From: Eledone cirrhosa
Taxonomy: Eukaryota
Assembly (NCBI GenBank): GCA_964016885.1
Contig: OZ024742.1
Span: 164,858,001 to 164,922,000, forward strand
Reading direction: 5' to 3'
Length of the DNA: 64,000 nt
Positions 40,801 to 55,000 of the stretch are shown here, one piece after another. Each line of letters starts with the position of its first letter. The first letter of the stretch is position 1. The translations under genes and the position numbers were made by a program. The notes below the pieces were generated by a model. It had not been told where the DNA came from. It searched no databases and was given only the letters and a program-made list of their open reading frames with translations.

Positions 40801-43260
40801 TGATTTTTTTTTACAAATTATCTCCCCCTGATTTTTTTTTACAAATTATCTCCCCCTGATTTTTTTTTACAAATCTCCCCCTGATTTTTTTATAAATTAT
40901 CTCCCCTTGGCTGGCTGGAAATTATCTCCCCTTGGAGGCTGGAATTTATCTCCCCTTGGACGGCTAGAAATTACCTCTCCTTGGATGGCTGGAAAATATG
41001 TCTCCTTGGACGGCTGGATATTATCTACCCTTGGACGGCTGGAAATTATCTCCCCTTGGACGGCTGGAAATTATCTCCCCTTGGACGGCTAGATATTACC
41101 TCCCATTGGACGGCTGGAAATTATCTCCCCTTGATTTTTTTTACAAATTATCTCCCCCTGATTTTTTTTTACGAATTATCTCCGCCTGATTTTTTTTTTA
41201 AAATTATCTCCCCTTGAACGGCTGGAAATTATCTCCCCTTGGACGGCTGGAAATTATCTCCCCTTGGACGGCTAGAAATTACCTCTCCTTGGACGGCTGA
41301 AAATTATCTCCCCTTGGACGGCTGCAAATTATCTCCCCTTGATTTTTTTAACAAATTATCTCCCCCTGATTTTTTTTTACAAATTATCTCCCCCTGATTT
41401 TTTTTACAAATTATCTACGCCTAATTTTTTTTACAAATTATCTCCCCCTGATTTTTTTTTACAAATTATCTCCCCCTGATTTTTTTTACAAATTATCTCC
41501 CCTTGGCTGGCTGGAAATTATCTCCCCTTGGAGGCTGGAATTTATCTCCCCTTGGACGGTTAGAAATTACCTCTCCTTGGACTGCTGGAAAATATGTCTC
41601 CTTGGACGGCTGGAAATTATCTCCCCTTGGACGGCTGGAAATTATCTCCCCTTGGACGGCTGGAAATTATCTCTCCTCGGACGACTAGAAATTACCTCTC
41701 CTTGGACAGCTGAAAATTATCTCCCCTTGGACGGCTGGAAATTATCTCCCCTTGATTTTTTTTACAAATTATCTCCCCCTGATTTATTTTACAAATTATC
41801 TCCCCCTGATTTTTTTTTACAAATTATCTCCCCCTGATTTTTTTTACAAATTATCTCCCCCTGATATTTTTTACAAATTATCTCCCCCTGATTTTTTTAC
41901 AAATTATCTCCCCTTGGCTGGCTGGAAATTATCTACCCTTGGAGGCTGGAATTTATCTCCCCTTGGACGGCTAGAAATTACCTCGCCTTGGACGGCTGGA
42001 AAATATGTCTCCTTGGACGGCTGGAAATTATCTCCCCTTGGACGGCTGGAAATTATCTCCCCTTGGACGGCTGGAAATTATCTCCCCTTGGACGGCTAGA
42101 TATTACCTCCCCTTGGACGGCTGGAAATTATCTCCCCTTGATTTTTTTTACAAATTATCTCCCCCTGATTTTTTTTTACAAATTATCACCCCCTGATTTT
42201 TTTTTACGAAGTATCTCCCCCTGATTTTTTTTTACAAATTATCTCCGCCTGATTTTTTTTTAAAAATTATCTCCCCTTGAACGGCTGGAAATTATCTCCC
42301 CTTGGACGGCTGGAAATTATCTCCCCTTGGACGGCTAGAAATTACCTCTCCTTGGACGGCTGAAAATTATCTCCCATTGGACGGCTGCAAATTATCTCCC
42401 CTTGATTTTTTAACAAATTATCTCCCCCTGATTTTTTTTTACAAATTATCTCCCCCTGATTTTTTTTTACAAATTATCTACGCCTAATTTTTTTTACAAA
42501 TTATCTCCCCCTGATTTTTTTTTACAAATTATCTCCCCCTGATTTTTTTTACAAATTATCTCCCCCTGATTTTTTTTTACAAATTATTTCCCCCTGATTT
42601 TTTTACAAATTATCTCCCCCCTGATTTTTTTTACAATCTCCGCCTGATTTTTTTAAAAATTATCTTCCCTTGGCTGGCGGGAAATTATCTCCCCTTGGAC
42701 GGCTGGAAATTATATCCCCTTGGAAGGATGGAAATTATCTCCCCTTGGACGGCTGGAAATTATCTCCCCTTGGACGGCTGGAAATTATCTCCCCTTGGAC
42801 AGCTGGAAATTATCTGTCCTTGATTTTGTTTTTACAAATTATCTCCCCCTGATTTTTTTTACAAATTATCTCCACCTGATTTTTTAAAAAATTATCTCCC
42901 CTTGGACGGCTGGAAATTATCTCCCCTTGATTTTTTTTACAAATTATCTCCCCCTGATTTTTTTTTACAAATTATCTCCCCCTGATTTTTTTTTACAAAT
43001 TATCTCCCCCTGATTTTTTTTTACAAATTCTCTCACCCTGATTTTTTTTACAAATTATCTCTCCCTGATTTTTTTACAAATTATCTCCCCTTGGCTGGCT
43101 GGAAATTATCTCCCCTTGGAGGCTGGAATTTATCTCCCCTTGGACGGCTAGAAATTACCTCTCCTTGGACGGCTGGAAAATATGTCTCCTTGGACGGCTG
43201 GATATTATCTACCCTTGGACGGCTGGAAATTATCTCCCCTTGGACGGCTGGAAATTATCT
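37250..43260 (+). repeat. ~3.37-kb tandem duplication
   Basis: Offset 3367 for 37540/40907, 38136/41503, 38385/41752, 38935/42302, 39303/42670. Confidence 0.85.
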
Positions 43261-46200
43261 CCCCTTGGACGGCTAGATATTACCTCCCCTTGGACGGCTG
43301 GAAATTATCTCCCCTTGATTTTTTTTACAAATTATCTCCCCCTGATTTTTTTTTACAAATTATCACCCCCTGATTTTTTTTTACGAAGTATCTCCCCCTG
43401 ATTTTTTTTTACAAATTATCTCCGCCTGATTTTTTTTTAAAAATTATCTCCCCTTGAACGGCTGGAAATTATCTCCCCTTGGACGGCTGGAAATTATCTC
43501 CCCTTGGACGGCTAGAAATTACCTCTCCTTGGACGGCTGAAAATTATCTCCCATTGGACGGCTGCAAATTATCTCCCCTTGATTTTTTAACAAATTATCT
43601 CCCCCTGATTTTTTTTTACAAATTATCTCCCCCTGATTTTTTTTTACAAATTATCTACGCCTAATTTTTTTTACAAATTATCTCCCCCTGATTTTTTTTT
43701 ACAAATTATCTCCCCCTGATTTTTTTTACAAATTATCTCCCCCTGATTTTTTTTTACAAATTATTTCCCCCTGATTTTTTTACAAATTATCTCCCCCCTG
43801 ATTTTTTTTACAATCTCCGCCTGATTTTTTTAAAAATTATCTTCCCTTGGCTGGCGGGAAATTATCTCCCCTTGGACGGCTGGAAATTATATCCCCTTGG
43901 AAGGATGGAAATTATCTCCCCTTGGACGGCTGGAAATTATCTCCCCTTGGACGGCTGGAAATTATCTCCCCTTGGACGGCTGGAAATTATCTCCCCTTGG
44001 ACAGCTGGAAATTATCTGTCCTTGATTTTGTTTTTACAAATTATCTCCCCCTGATTTTTTTTACAAATTATCTCCACCTGATTTTTTAAAAAATTATCTC
44101 CCCTTGGACGGCTGGAAATTATCTCCCCTTGATTTTTTTTACAAATTATCTCCCCCTGATTTTTTTTTACAAATTATCTCCCCCTGATTTTTTTTTACAA
44201 ATTATCTCCCCCTGATTTTTTTTTACAAATTCTCTCACCCTGATTTTTTTTACAAATTATCTCTCCCTGATTTTTTTACAAATTATCTCCCCTTGGCTGG
44301 CTGGAAATTATCTCCCCTTGGAGGCTGGAATTTATCTCCCCTTGGACGGCTAGAAATTACCTCTCCTTGGACGGCTGGAAAATATGTCTCCTTGGACGGC
44401 TGGATATTATCTACCCTTGGACGGCTGGAAATTATCTCCCCTTGGACGGCTGGAAATTATCTCCTCTTGGACGGCTAGATATTACCTCCCCTTGGACGGC
44501 TGGAAATTATCTCCCCTTGATTTTTTTACAAATTATCTCCCCCTGATTTTTTTACAAATTATCTCCCCCTGATTTTTTTTACAAATTATCTCCGCCTAAT
44601 TTTTTTAAATATTATCTTCCCTTGGCTGGCGGGAAATTATCTCCCCTTGGACGGCTGAAAATTATCTCCCCTTGGACGGCTGGAAATTATCTCCCCTTGA
44701 TTTTTTTTACAAATTATCTCCCCCTGATTTTTTTTTACAAATTATCTCCCCCTGATTTTTTTTACAAATTATCTCCCCCTGATTTTTTTACAAATTATCT
44801 CCCCTTGGCTGGCTGGAAATTATCTCCCCTTGGAGGCTGGAATTTATCTCCCCTTGGACGGCTAGAAATTACCTCTCCTTGGAAGGCTGGAAAATATGTC
44901 CTTGGACGGCTGGATATTATCTACCCTTGGACGGCTGGAAATTATCTCCCCTTGGACGGCTGGAAATTATCTCCCCTTGGACGGCTAGATATTACCTCCC
45001 CTTGTACGGCTGAAAATTATCTCCCCTTGGACGGCTGGAAATTATCTCCCCTTGATTTTTTTTACAAATTATCTCCCCCTGATTATTTTTTACAAATTAT
45101 CCCCTGATTTTTTTTTTACAAATTATCTCCCCCTGATTTTTTTTACAAATTATCTCCCCCTGATTTTATGTTACAAATTATCTCCCCCTGATTTTTTTAC
45201 AAATTATCTCCCCCTGATTTTTTTTACAAATTATCTCCGCCTGATTTTTTTAAATATTATCTTCCCTTGGCTGGCGGGAAATTATCTCCCCTTGGACGGC
45301 TGGAAATTATCTCCCCTTGATTTTTTTTACAAATTATCTCCCCCTGATTTTTTTTTACAAATTATCTCCCCCTGATTTTTTTTTACAAATTATCTCCCCC
45401 TGATTTTTTTTTACAAATCTCCCCCTGATTTTTTTATAAATTATCTCCCCTTGGCTGGCTGGAAATTATCTCCCCTTGGAGGCTGGAATTTATCTCCCCT
45501 TGGACGGCTAGAAATTACCTCTCCTTGGATGGCTGGAAAATATGTCTCCTTGGACGGCTGGATATTATCTACCCTTGGACGGCTGGAAATTATCTCCCCT
45601 TGGACGGCTGGAAATTATCTCCCCTTGGACGGCTAGATATTACCTCCCATTGGACGGCTGGAAATTATCTCCCCTTGATTTTTTTTACAAATTATCTCCC
45701 CCTGATTTTTTTTTACGAATTATCTCCGCCTGATTTTTTTTTTAAAATTATCTCCCCTTGAACGGCTGGAAATTATCTCCCCTTGGACGGCTGGAAATTA
45801 TCTCCCCTTGGACGGCTAGAAATTACCTCTCCTTGGACGGCTGAAAATTATCTCCCCTTGGACGGCTGCAAATTATCTCCCCTTGATTTTTTTAACAAAT
45901 TATCTCCCCCTGATTTTTTTTTACAAATTATCTCCCCCTGATTTTTTTTACAAATTATCTACGCCTAATTTTTTTTACAAATTATCTCCCCCTGATTTTT
46001 TTTTACAAATTATCTCCCCCTGATTTTTTTTACAAATTATCTCCCCTTGGCTGGCTGGAAATTATCTCCCCTTGGAGGCTGGAATTTATCTCCCCTTGGA
46101 CGGTTAGAAATTACCTCTCCTTGGACTGCTGGAAAATATGTCTCCTTGGACGGCTGGAAATTATCTCCCCTTGGACGGCTGGAAATTATCTCCCCTTGGA

Positions 46201-47806
46201 CGGCTGGAAATTATCTCTCCTCGGACGACTAGAAATTACCTCTCCTTGGACAGCTGAAAATTATCTCCCCTTGGACGGCTGGAAATTATCTCCCCTTGAT
46301 TTTTTTTACAAATTATCTCCCCCTGATTTATTTTACAAATTATCTCCCCCTGATTTTTTTTTACAAATTATCTCCCCCTGATTTTTTTTACAAATTATCT
46401 CCCCCTGATATTTTTTACAAATTATCTCCCCCTGATTTTTTTACAAATTATCTCCCCTTGGCTGGCTGGAAATTATCTACCCTTGGAGGCTGGAATTTAT
46501 CTCCCCTTGGACGGCTAGAAATTACCTCGCCTTGGACGGCTGGAAAATATGTCTCCTTGGACGGCTGGAAATTATCTCCCCTTGGACGGCTGGAAATTAT
46601 CTCCCCTTGGACGGCTGGAAATTATCTCCCCTTGGACGGCTAGATATTACCTCCCCTTGGACGGCTGGAAATTATCTCCCCTTGATTTTTTTTACAAATT
46701 ATCTCCCCCTGATTTTTTTTTACAAATTATCACCCCCTGATTTTTTTTTACGAAGTATCTCCCCCTGATTTTTTTTTACAAATTATCTCCGCCTGATTTT
46801 TTTTTAAAAATTATCTCCCCTTGAACGGCTGGAAATTATCTCCCCTTGGACGGCTGGAAATTATCTCCCCTTGGACGGCTAGAAATTACCTCTCCTTGGA
46901 CGGCTGAAAATTATCTCCCATTGGACGGCTGCAAATTATCTCCCCTTGATTTTTTAACAAATTATCTCCCCCTGATTTTTTTTTACAAATTATCTCCCCC
47001 TGATTTTTTTTTACAAATTATCTACGCCTAATTTTTTTTACAAATTATCTCCCCCTGATTTTTTTTTACAAATTATCTCCCCCTGATTTTTTTTACAAAT
47101 TATCTCCCCCTGATTTTTTTTTACAAATTATTTCCCCCTGATTTTTTTACAAATTATCTCCCCCCTGATTTTTTTTACAATCTCCGCCTGATTTTTTTAA
47201 AAATTATCTTCCCTTGGCTGGCGGGAAATTATCTCCCCTTGGACGGCTGGAAATTATATCCCCTTGGAAGGATGGAAATTATCTCCCCTTGGACGGCTGG
47301 AAATTATCTCCCCTTGGACGGCTGGAAATTATCTCCCCTTGGACAGCTGGAAATTATCTGTCCTTGATTTTGTTTTTACAAATTATCTCCCCCTGATTTT
47401 TTTTACAAATTATCTCCACCTGATTTTTTAAAAAATTATCTCCCCTTGGACGGCTGGAAATTATCTCCCCTTGATTTTTTTTACAAATTATCTCCCCCTG
47501 ATTTTTTTTTACAAATTATCTCCCCCTGATTTTTTTTTACAAATTATCTCCCCCTGATTTTTTTTTACAAATTCTCTCACCCTGATTTTTTTTACAAATT
47601 ATCTCTCCCTGATTTTTTTACAAATTATCTCCCCTTGGCTGGCTGGAAATTATCTCCCCTTGGAGGCTGGAATTTATCTCCCCTTGGACGGCTAGAAATT
47701 ACCTCTCCTTGGACGGCTGGAAAATATGTCTCCTTGGACGGCTGGATATTATCTACCCTTGGACGGCTGGAAATTATCTCCCCTTGGACGGCTGGAAATT
47801 ATCTCC
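38668..47806 (+). repeat. 4544-bp tandem duplication (two copies)
   Basis: Constant offset 4544 for 38935/43479, 39303/43847, 39749/44293, 40078/44622, 40907/45451, 41503/46047, 42302/46846, 42670/47214, 43091/47635. Shared variants CCTTGTACGG, AAATTCTCTCACC, TTATCACCCC. Confidence 0.92.
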
Positions 47807-49051
47807 TCTTGGACGGCTAGATATTACCTCCCCTTGGACGGCTGGAAATTATCTCCCCTTGATTTTTTTACAAATTATCTCCCCCTGATTTTTTTACAAA
47901 TTATCTCCCCCTGATTTTTTTTACAAATTATCTCCGCCTAATTTTTTTAAATATTATCTTCCCTTGGCTGGCGGGAAATTATCTCCCCTTGGACGGCTGA
48001 AAATTATCTCCCCTTGGACGGCTGGAAATTATCTCCCCTTGATTTTTTTTACAAATTATCTCCCCCTGATTTTTTTTTACAAATTATCTCCCCCTGATTT
48101 TTTTTACAAATTATCTCCCCCTGATTTTTTTACAAATTATCTCCCCTTGGCTGGCTGGAAATTATCTCCCCTTGGAGGCTGGAATTTATCTCCCCTTGGA
48201 CGGCTAGAAATTACCTCTCCTTGGAAGGCTGGAAAATATGTCCTTGGACGGCTGGATATTATCTACCCTTGGACGGCTGGAAATTATCTCCCCTTGGACG
48301 GCTGGAAATTATCTCCCCTTGGACGGCTAGATATTACCTCCCCTTGTACGGCTGAAAATTATCTCCCCTTGGACGGCTGGAAATTATCTCCCCTTGATTT
48401 TTTTTACAAATTATCTCCCCCTGATTATTTTTTACAAATTATCCCCTGATTTTTTTTTTACAAATTATCTCCCCCTGATTTTTTTTACAAATTATCTCCC
48501 CCTGATTTTTTTACAAATTATCTCCCCTTGGCTGGCTGGAAATTATCTCCCATTGGAGGCTGGAATTTATCTCCCCTTGGACGGTTAGAAATTACCTCCC
48601 CTTGGACGGCTGGAAAATATGTCTCCTTGGACGGCTGGAAATTATCGCCCCTTGGATGGCTGGAAATTATCTCCCCTTGGACGGCTGGAAATTATCTCTC
48701 ATCGGACGGCTAGAAATTACCTCTCCTTGGACAGCTGAAAATTATCTCCCCTTGGACGGCTGGAAATTATCTCCCCTTGATTTTTTTTACAAATTATCTC
48801 CCCCTGATTTTTTTTTACAAATTATCTCCCCCTAATTTTTTTTTACAAATTATCTCCCCCTGATTTTTTTTTACAAATTATCTCCCCCTGATATTTTTTA
48901 CAAATTATCTCCCCCTGATTTTTTTACAAATTATCTCCCCTTGGCTGGCTGGAAATTATCTCCCCTTGGAGGCTGGAATTTATCTCCCCTTGGACGGCTA
49001 GAAATTACCTCGCCTTGGACGGCTGGAAAATATGTCTCCTTGGACGGCTGG

Positions 49052-52000
49052 AAATTATCTCCCCTTGGACGGCTGGAAATTATCTCCCCTTGGACAGCTG
49101 GAAATTATCTCCCCTTGGACGGCTAGATATTACCTCCCCTTGGACGGCTGGAAATTATCTCCCCTTGATTTTTTTTACAAATTATCTCCCCCTGATTTTT
49201 TTTTACAAATTATCTCCCCCTGATTTTTTTTTACGAATTATCTCCCCCCGATTTTTTTTTACAAATTACCTCCGCCTGATTTTTTTTTAAAAATTATCTC
49301 CCCTTGAACGGCTGGAAATTATCTCCCCTTGGACGGCTGGAAATTATCTCCCCTTGGACGGCTAGAAATTACCTCTCCTTGGACGGCTGAAAATTATCTC
49401 CCCTTGGACGGCTGCAAATTATCTCCCCTTGATTTTTTAACAAATTATCTCCCCCTGATTTTTTTTTACAAATTATCTCCCCCTGATTTTTTTTTACAAA
49501 TTATCTCCCCCTGATTTTTTTTTACAAATTATCTCCCCCTGATTTTTTTTACAAATTATCTCCCCCTGATTTTTTTTACAATCTCCGCCTGATTTTTTAA
49601 AAAATTATCTTCCCTTGGCTGGCGGGAAATTATCTCCCCTTGGACGGCTGGAAATTATCTCCCCTTGGACGGCTGGAAATTATCTCCCCTTGGACAGCTG
49701 GAAATTATCTGCCCTTGATTTTGTTTTTACAAATTATCTCCCCCTGATTTTTTTTACAAATTATCTCCACCTGATTTTTTAAAAAATTATCTCCCCTTGG
49801 ACGGCTGGAAATTATCTCCCCTTGATTTTTTTACAAATTATCTCCCCCTGATTTTTTTTACAAATTATCTCCCCCTGATTTTATGTTACAAATTATCTCC
49901 CCCTGATTTTTTTACAAATTATCTCCCCCTGATTTTTTTTACAAATTATCTCCGCCTGATTTTTTTAAATATTATCTTCCCTTGGCTGGCGGGAAATTAT
50001 CTCCCCTTGGACGGCTGGAAATTATCTCCCCTTGATTTTTTTTACAAATTATCTCCCCCTGATTTTTTTTTACAAATTATCTCCCCCTGATTTTTTTTTA
50101 CAAATTATCTCCCCCTGATTTTTTTTTACAAATTATCTCCCCCTGATTTTTTTTTACAAATCTCCCCCTGATTTTTTTATAAATTATCTCCCCTTGGCTG
50201 GCTGGAAATTATCTCCCCTTGGAGGCTGGAATTTATCTCCCCTTGGACGGCTAGAAATTACCTCTCCTTGGATGGCTGGAAAATATGTCTCCTTGGACGG
50301 CTGGATATTATCTACCCTTGGACGGCTGGAAATTATCTCCCCTTGGACGGCTGGAAATTATCTCCCCTTGGACGGCTAGATATTACCTCCCATTGGACGG
50401 CTGGAAATTATCTCCCCTTGATTTTTTTTACAAATTATCTCCCCCTGATTTTTTTTTACGAATTATCTCCCCCTGATTTTTTTTTACAAATTATCTCCGC
50501 CTGATTTTTTTTTAAAATTATCTCCCCTTGAACGGCTGGAAATTATCTCCCCTTGGACGGCTGGAAATTATCTCCCCTTGGACGGCTAGAAATTACCTCT
50601 CCTTGGACGGCTGAAAATTATCTCCCCTTGGACGGCTGCAAATTATCTCCCCTTGATTTTTTTAACAAATTATCTCCCCCTGATTTTTTTTTACAAATTA
50701 TCTCCCCCTGATTTTTTTTTACAAATTATCTACGCCTAATTTTTTTTACAAATTATCTCCCCCTGATTTTTTTTTACAAATTATCTCCCCCTGATTTTTT
50801 TTACAAATTATCTCCCCCTGATTTTTTTTACAAATTATCTCCCCCTGATTTTTTTACAAATTATCTCCCCCCTGATTTTTTTTACAATCTCCGCCTGATT
50901 TTTTTAAAAATTATCTTCCCTTGGCTGGCGGGAAATTATCTCCCCTTGGACGGCTGGAAATTATATCCCCTTGGAAGGATGGAAATTATCTCCCCTTGGA
51001 CGGCTGGAAATTATCTCCCCTTGGACGGCTGGAAATTACCTCCCCTTGGACAGCTGGAAATTATCTGCCCTTGATTTTGTTTTTACAAATTATCTCCCCC
51101 TGATTTTTTTTACAAATTATCTCCACCTGATTTTTTAAAAAATTATCTCCCCTTGGACGGCTGGAAATTATCTCCCCTTGATTTTTTTTACAAATTATCT
51201 CCCCCTGATTTTTTTTTACAAATTATCTCCCCCTGATTTTTTTTACAAATTATCTCCCCCTGATTTTTTTTTACAAATTATTTCCCCCTGATTTTTTTAC
51301 AAATTATCTCCCCCCTGATTTTTTTTACAATCTCCGCCTGATTTTTTTAAAAATTATCTTCCCTTGGCTGGCGGGAAATTATCTCCCCTTGGACGGCTGG
51401 AAATTATATCCCCTTGGAAGGATGGAAATTATCTCCCCTTGGACGGCTGGAAATTATCTCCCCTTGGACGGCTGGAAATTATCTCCCCTTGGACAGCTGG
51501 AAATTATCTGCCCTTGATTTTGTTTTTACAAATTATCTCCCCCTGATTTTTTTTACAAATTATCTCCACCTGATTTTTTAAAAAATTATCTCCCCTTGGA
51601 CGGCTGGAAATTATCTCCCCTTGATTTTTTTTACAAATTATCTCCCCCTGATTTTTTTTTACAAATTATCTCCCCCTGATTTTTTTTTACAAATTATCTC
51701 CCCCTGATTTTTTTTTACAAATTATCTCACCCTGATTTTTTTTTTAAAATTATCTCCCCTTGAACGGCTGGAAATTATCTCCCCTTGGACGGCTGGAAAT
51801 TATCTCCCCTTGGACGGCTAGAAATTACCTCTCCTTGGACGGCTGAAAATTATCTCCCCTTGGACGGCTGCAAATTATCTCCCCTTGATTTTTTTAACAA
51901 ATTATCTCCCCCTGATTTTTTTTTACAAATTATCTCCCCCTGATTTTTTTTTACAAATTATCTACGCCTAATTTTTTTTACAAATTATCTCCCCCTGATT

Positions 52001-55000
52001 TTTTTTTACAAATTATCTCCCCCTGATTTTTTTTACAAATTATCTCCCCCTGATTTTTTTTACAAATTATCTCCCCCTGATTTTTTTACAAATTATCTCC
52101 CCCCTGATTTTTTTTACAATCTCCGCCTGATTTTTTTAAAAATTATCTTCCCTTGGCTGGCGGGAAATTATCTCCCCTTGGACGGCTGGAAATTATATCC
52201 CCTTGGAAGGATGGAAATTATCTCCCCTTGGACGGCTGGAAATTATCTCCCCTTGGACGGCTGGAAATTACCTCCCCTTGGACAGCTGGAAATTATCTGC
52301 CCTTGATTTTGTTTTTACAAATTATCTCCCCCTGATTTTTTTTACAAATTATCTCCACCTGATTTTTTAAAAAATTATCTCCCCTTGGACGGCTGGAAAT
52401 TATCTCCCCTTGGACGGCTGGAAATTATCTCCCCTTGATTTTTTTTACAAATTATCTCCCCCTGATTTTTTTTTACAAATTATCTCCCCCTGATTTTTTT
52501 TTACAAATTATTTCCCCCTGATTTTTTTACAAATTATCTCCCCCCTGATTTTTTTTACAATCTCCGCCTGATTTTTTTAAAAATTATCTTCCCTTGGCTG
52601 GCGGGAAATTATCTCCCCTTGGACGGCTGGAAATTATATCCCCTTGGAAGGATGGAAATTATCTCCCCTTGGACGGCTGGAAATTATCTCCCCTTGGACG
52701 GCTGGAAATTATCTCCCCTTGGACAGCTGGAAATTATCTGCCCTTGATTTTGTTTTTACAAATTATCTCCCCCTGATTTTTTTTACAAATTATCTCCACC
52801 TGATTTTTTAAAAAATTATCTCCCCTTGGACGGCTGGAAATTATCTCCCCTTGATTTTTTTTACAAATTATCTTCCCCTGATTTTTTTTTACAAATTATC
52901 TCCCCCTGATTTTTTTTTACAAATTATCTCCCCCTGATTTTTTTTTACAAATTATCTCACCCTGATTTTTTTTACAAATTATCTCTCCCTGATTTTTTTA
53001 CAAATTATCTCCCCTTGGCTGGCTGGAAATTATCTCCCCTTGGAGGCTGGAATTTATCTCCCCTTGGACGGCTAGAAATTACCTCTCCTTGGACGGCTGG
53101 AAAATATGTCTCCTTGGACGGCTGGATATTATCTACCCTTGGACGGCTGGAAATTATCTCCCCTTGGACGGCTGGAAATTATCTCCTCTTGGACGGCTAG
53201 ATATTACCTCCCCTTGGACGGCTGGAAATTATCTCCCCTTGATTTTTTTACAAATTATCTCCCCCTGATTTTTTTACAAATTATCTCCCCCTGATTTTTT
53301 TTACAAATTATCTCCGCCTAATTTTTTTAAATATTATCTTCCCTTGGCTGGCGGGAAATTATCTCCCCTTGGACGGCTGAAAATTATCTCCCCTTGGACG
53401 GCTGGAAATTATCTCCCCTTGATTTTTTTTACAAATTATCTCCCCCTGATTTTTTTTTACAAATTATCTCCCCCTGATTTTTTTTACAAATTATCTCCCC
53501 CTGATTTTTTTACAAATTATCTCCCCTTGGCTGGCTGGAAATTATCTCCCCTTGGAGGCTGGAATTTATCTCCCCTTGGACGGCTAGAAATTACCTCTCC
53601 TTGGAAGGCTGGAAAATATGTCCTTGGACGGCTGGATATTATCTACCCTTGGACGGCTGGAAATTATCTCCCCTTGGACGGCTGGAAATTATCTCCCCTT
53701 GGACGGCTAGATATTACCTCCCCTTGGACGGCTGAAAATTATCTCCCCTTGGACGGCTGGAAATTATCTCCCCTTGATTTTTTTTACAAATTATCTCCCC
53801 CTGATTATTTTTTACAAATTATCCCCTGATTTTTTTTTTACAAATTATCTCCCCCTGATTTTTTTTACAAATTATCTCCCCCTGATTTTTTTACAAATTA
53901 TCTCCCCTTGGCTGGCTGGAAATTATCTCCCATTGGAGGCTGGAATTTATCTCCCCTTGGACGGTTAGAAATTACCTCCCCTTGGACGGCTGGAAAATAT
54001 GTCTCCTTGGACGGCTGGAAATTATCGCCCCTTGGACGGCTGGAAATTATCTCCCCTTGGACGGCTGGAAATTATCTCTCATCGGACGGCTAGAAATTAC
54101 CTCTCCTTGGACAGCTGAAAATTATCTCCCCTTGGACGGCTGGAAATTATCTCCCCTTGATTTTTTTTACAAATTATCTCCCCCTGATTTTTTTTTACAA
54201 ATTATCTCCCCCTGATTTTTTTTTACAAATTATCTCCCCCTGATATTTTTTACAAATTATCTCCCCCTGATTTTTTTACAAATTATCTCCCCTTGGCTGG
54301 CTGGAAATTATCTCCCCTTGGAGGCTGGAATTTATCTCCCCTTGGACGGCTAGAAATTACCTCGCCTTGGACGGCTGGAAAATATGTCTCCTTGGACGGC
54401 TGGAAATTATCTCCCCTTGGACGGCTGGAAATTATCTCCCCTTGGACAGCTGGAAATTATCTCCCCTTGGACGGCTAGATATTACCTCCCCTTGGACGGC
54501 TGGAAATTATCTCCCCTTGATTTTTTTTACAAATTATCTCCCCCTGATTTTTTTTTACAAATTATCTCCCCCTGATTTTTTTTTACGAATTATCTCCCCC
54601 CGATTTTTTTTTACAAATTATCTCCCCTTGAACGGCTGGAAATTATCTCCCCTTGGACGGCTGGAAATTATCTCCCCTTGGACGGCTAGAAATTACCTCT
54701 CCTTGGACGGCTGAAAATTATCTCCCCTTGGACGGCTGCAAATTATCTCCCCTTGATTTTTTAACAAATTATCTCCCCCTGATTTTTTTTTACAAATTAT
54801 CTCCCCCTGATTTTTTTTTACAAATTATCTCCCCCTGATTTTTTTACAAATTATCTCCCCCTGATTTTTTTTACAATCTCCGCCTGATTTTTTAAAAAAT
54901 TATCTTCCCTTGGCTGGCGGGAAATTATCTCCCCTTGGACGGCTGGAAATTATCTCCCCTTGGACGGCTGGAAATTATCTCCCCTTGGACAGCTGGAAAT

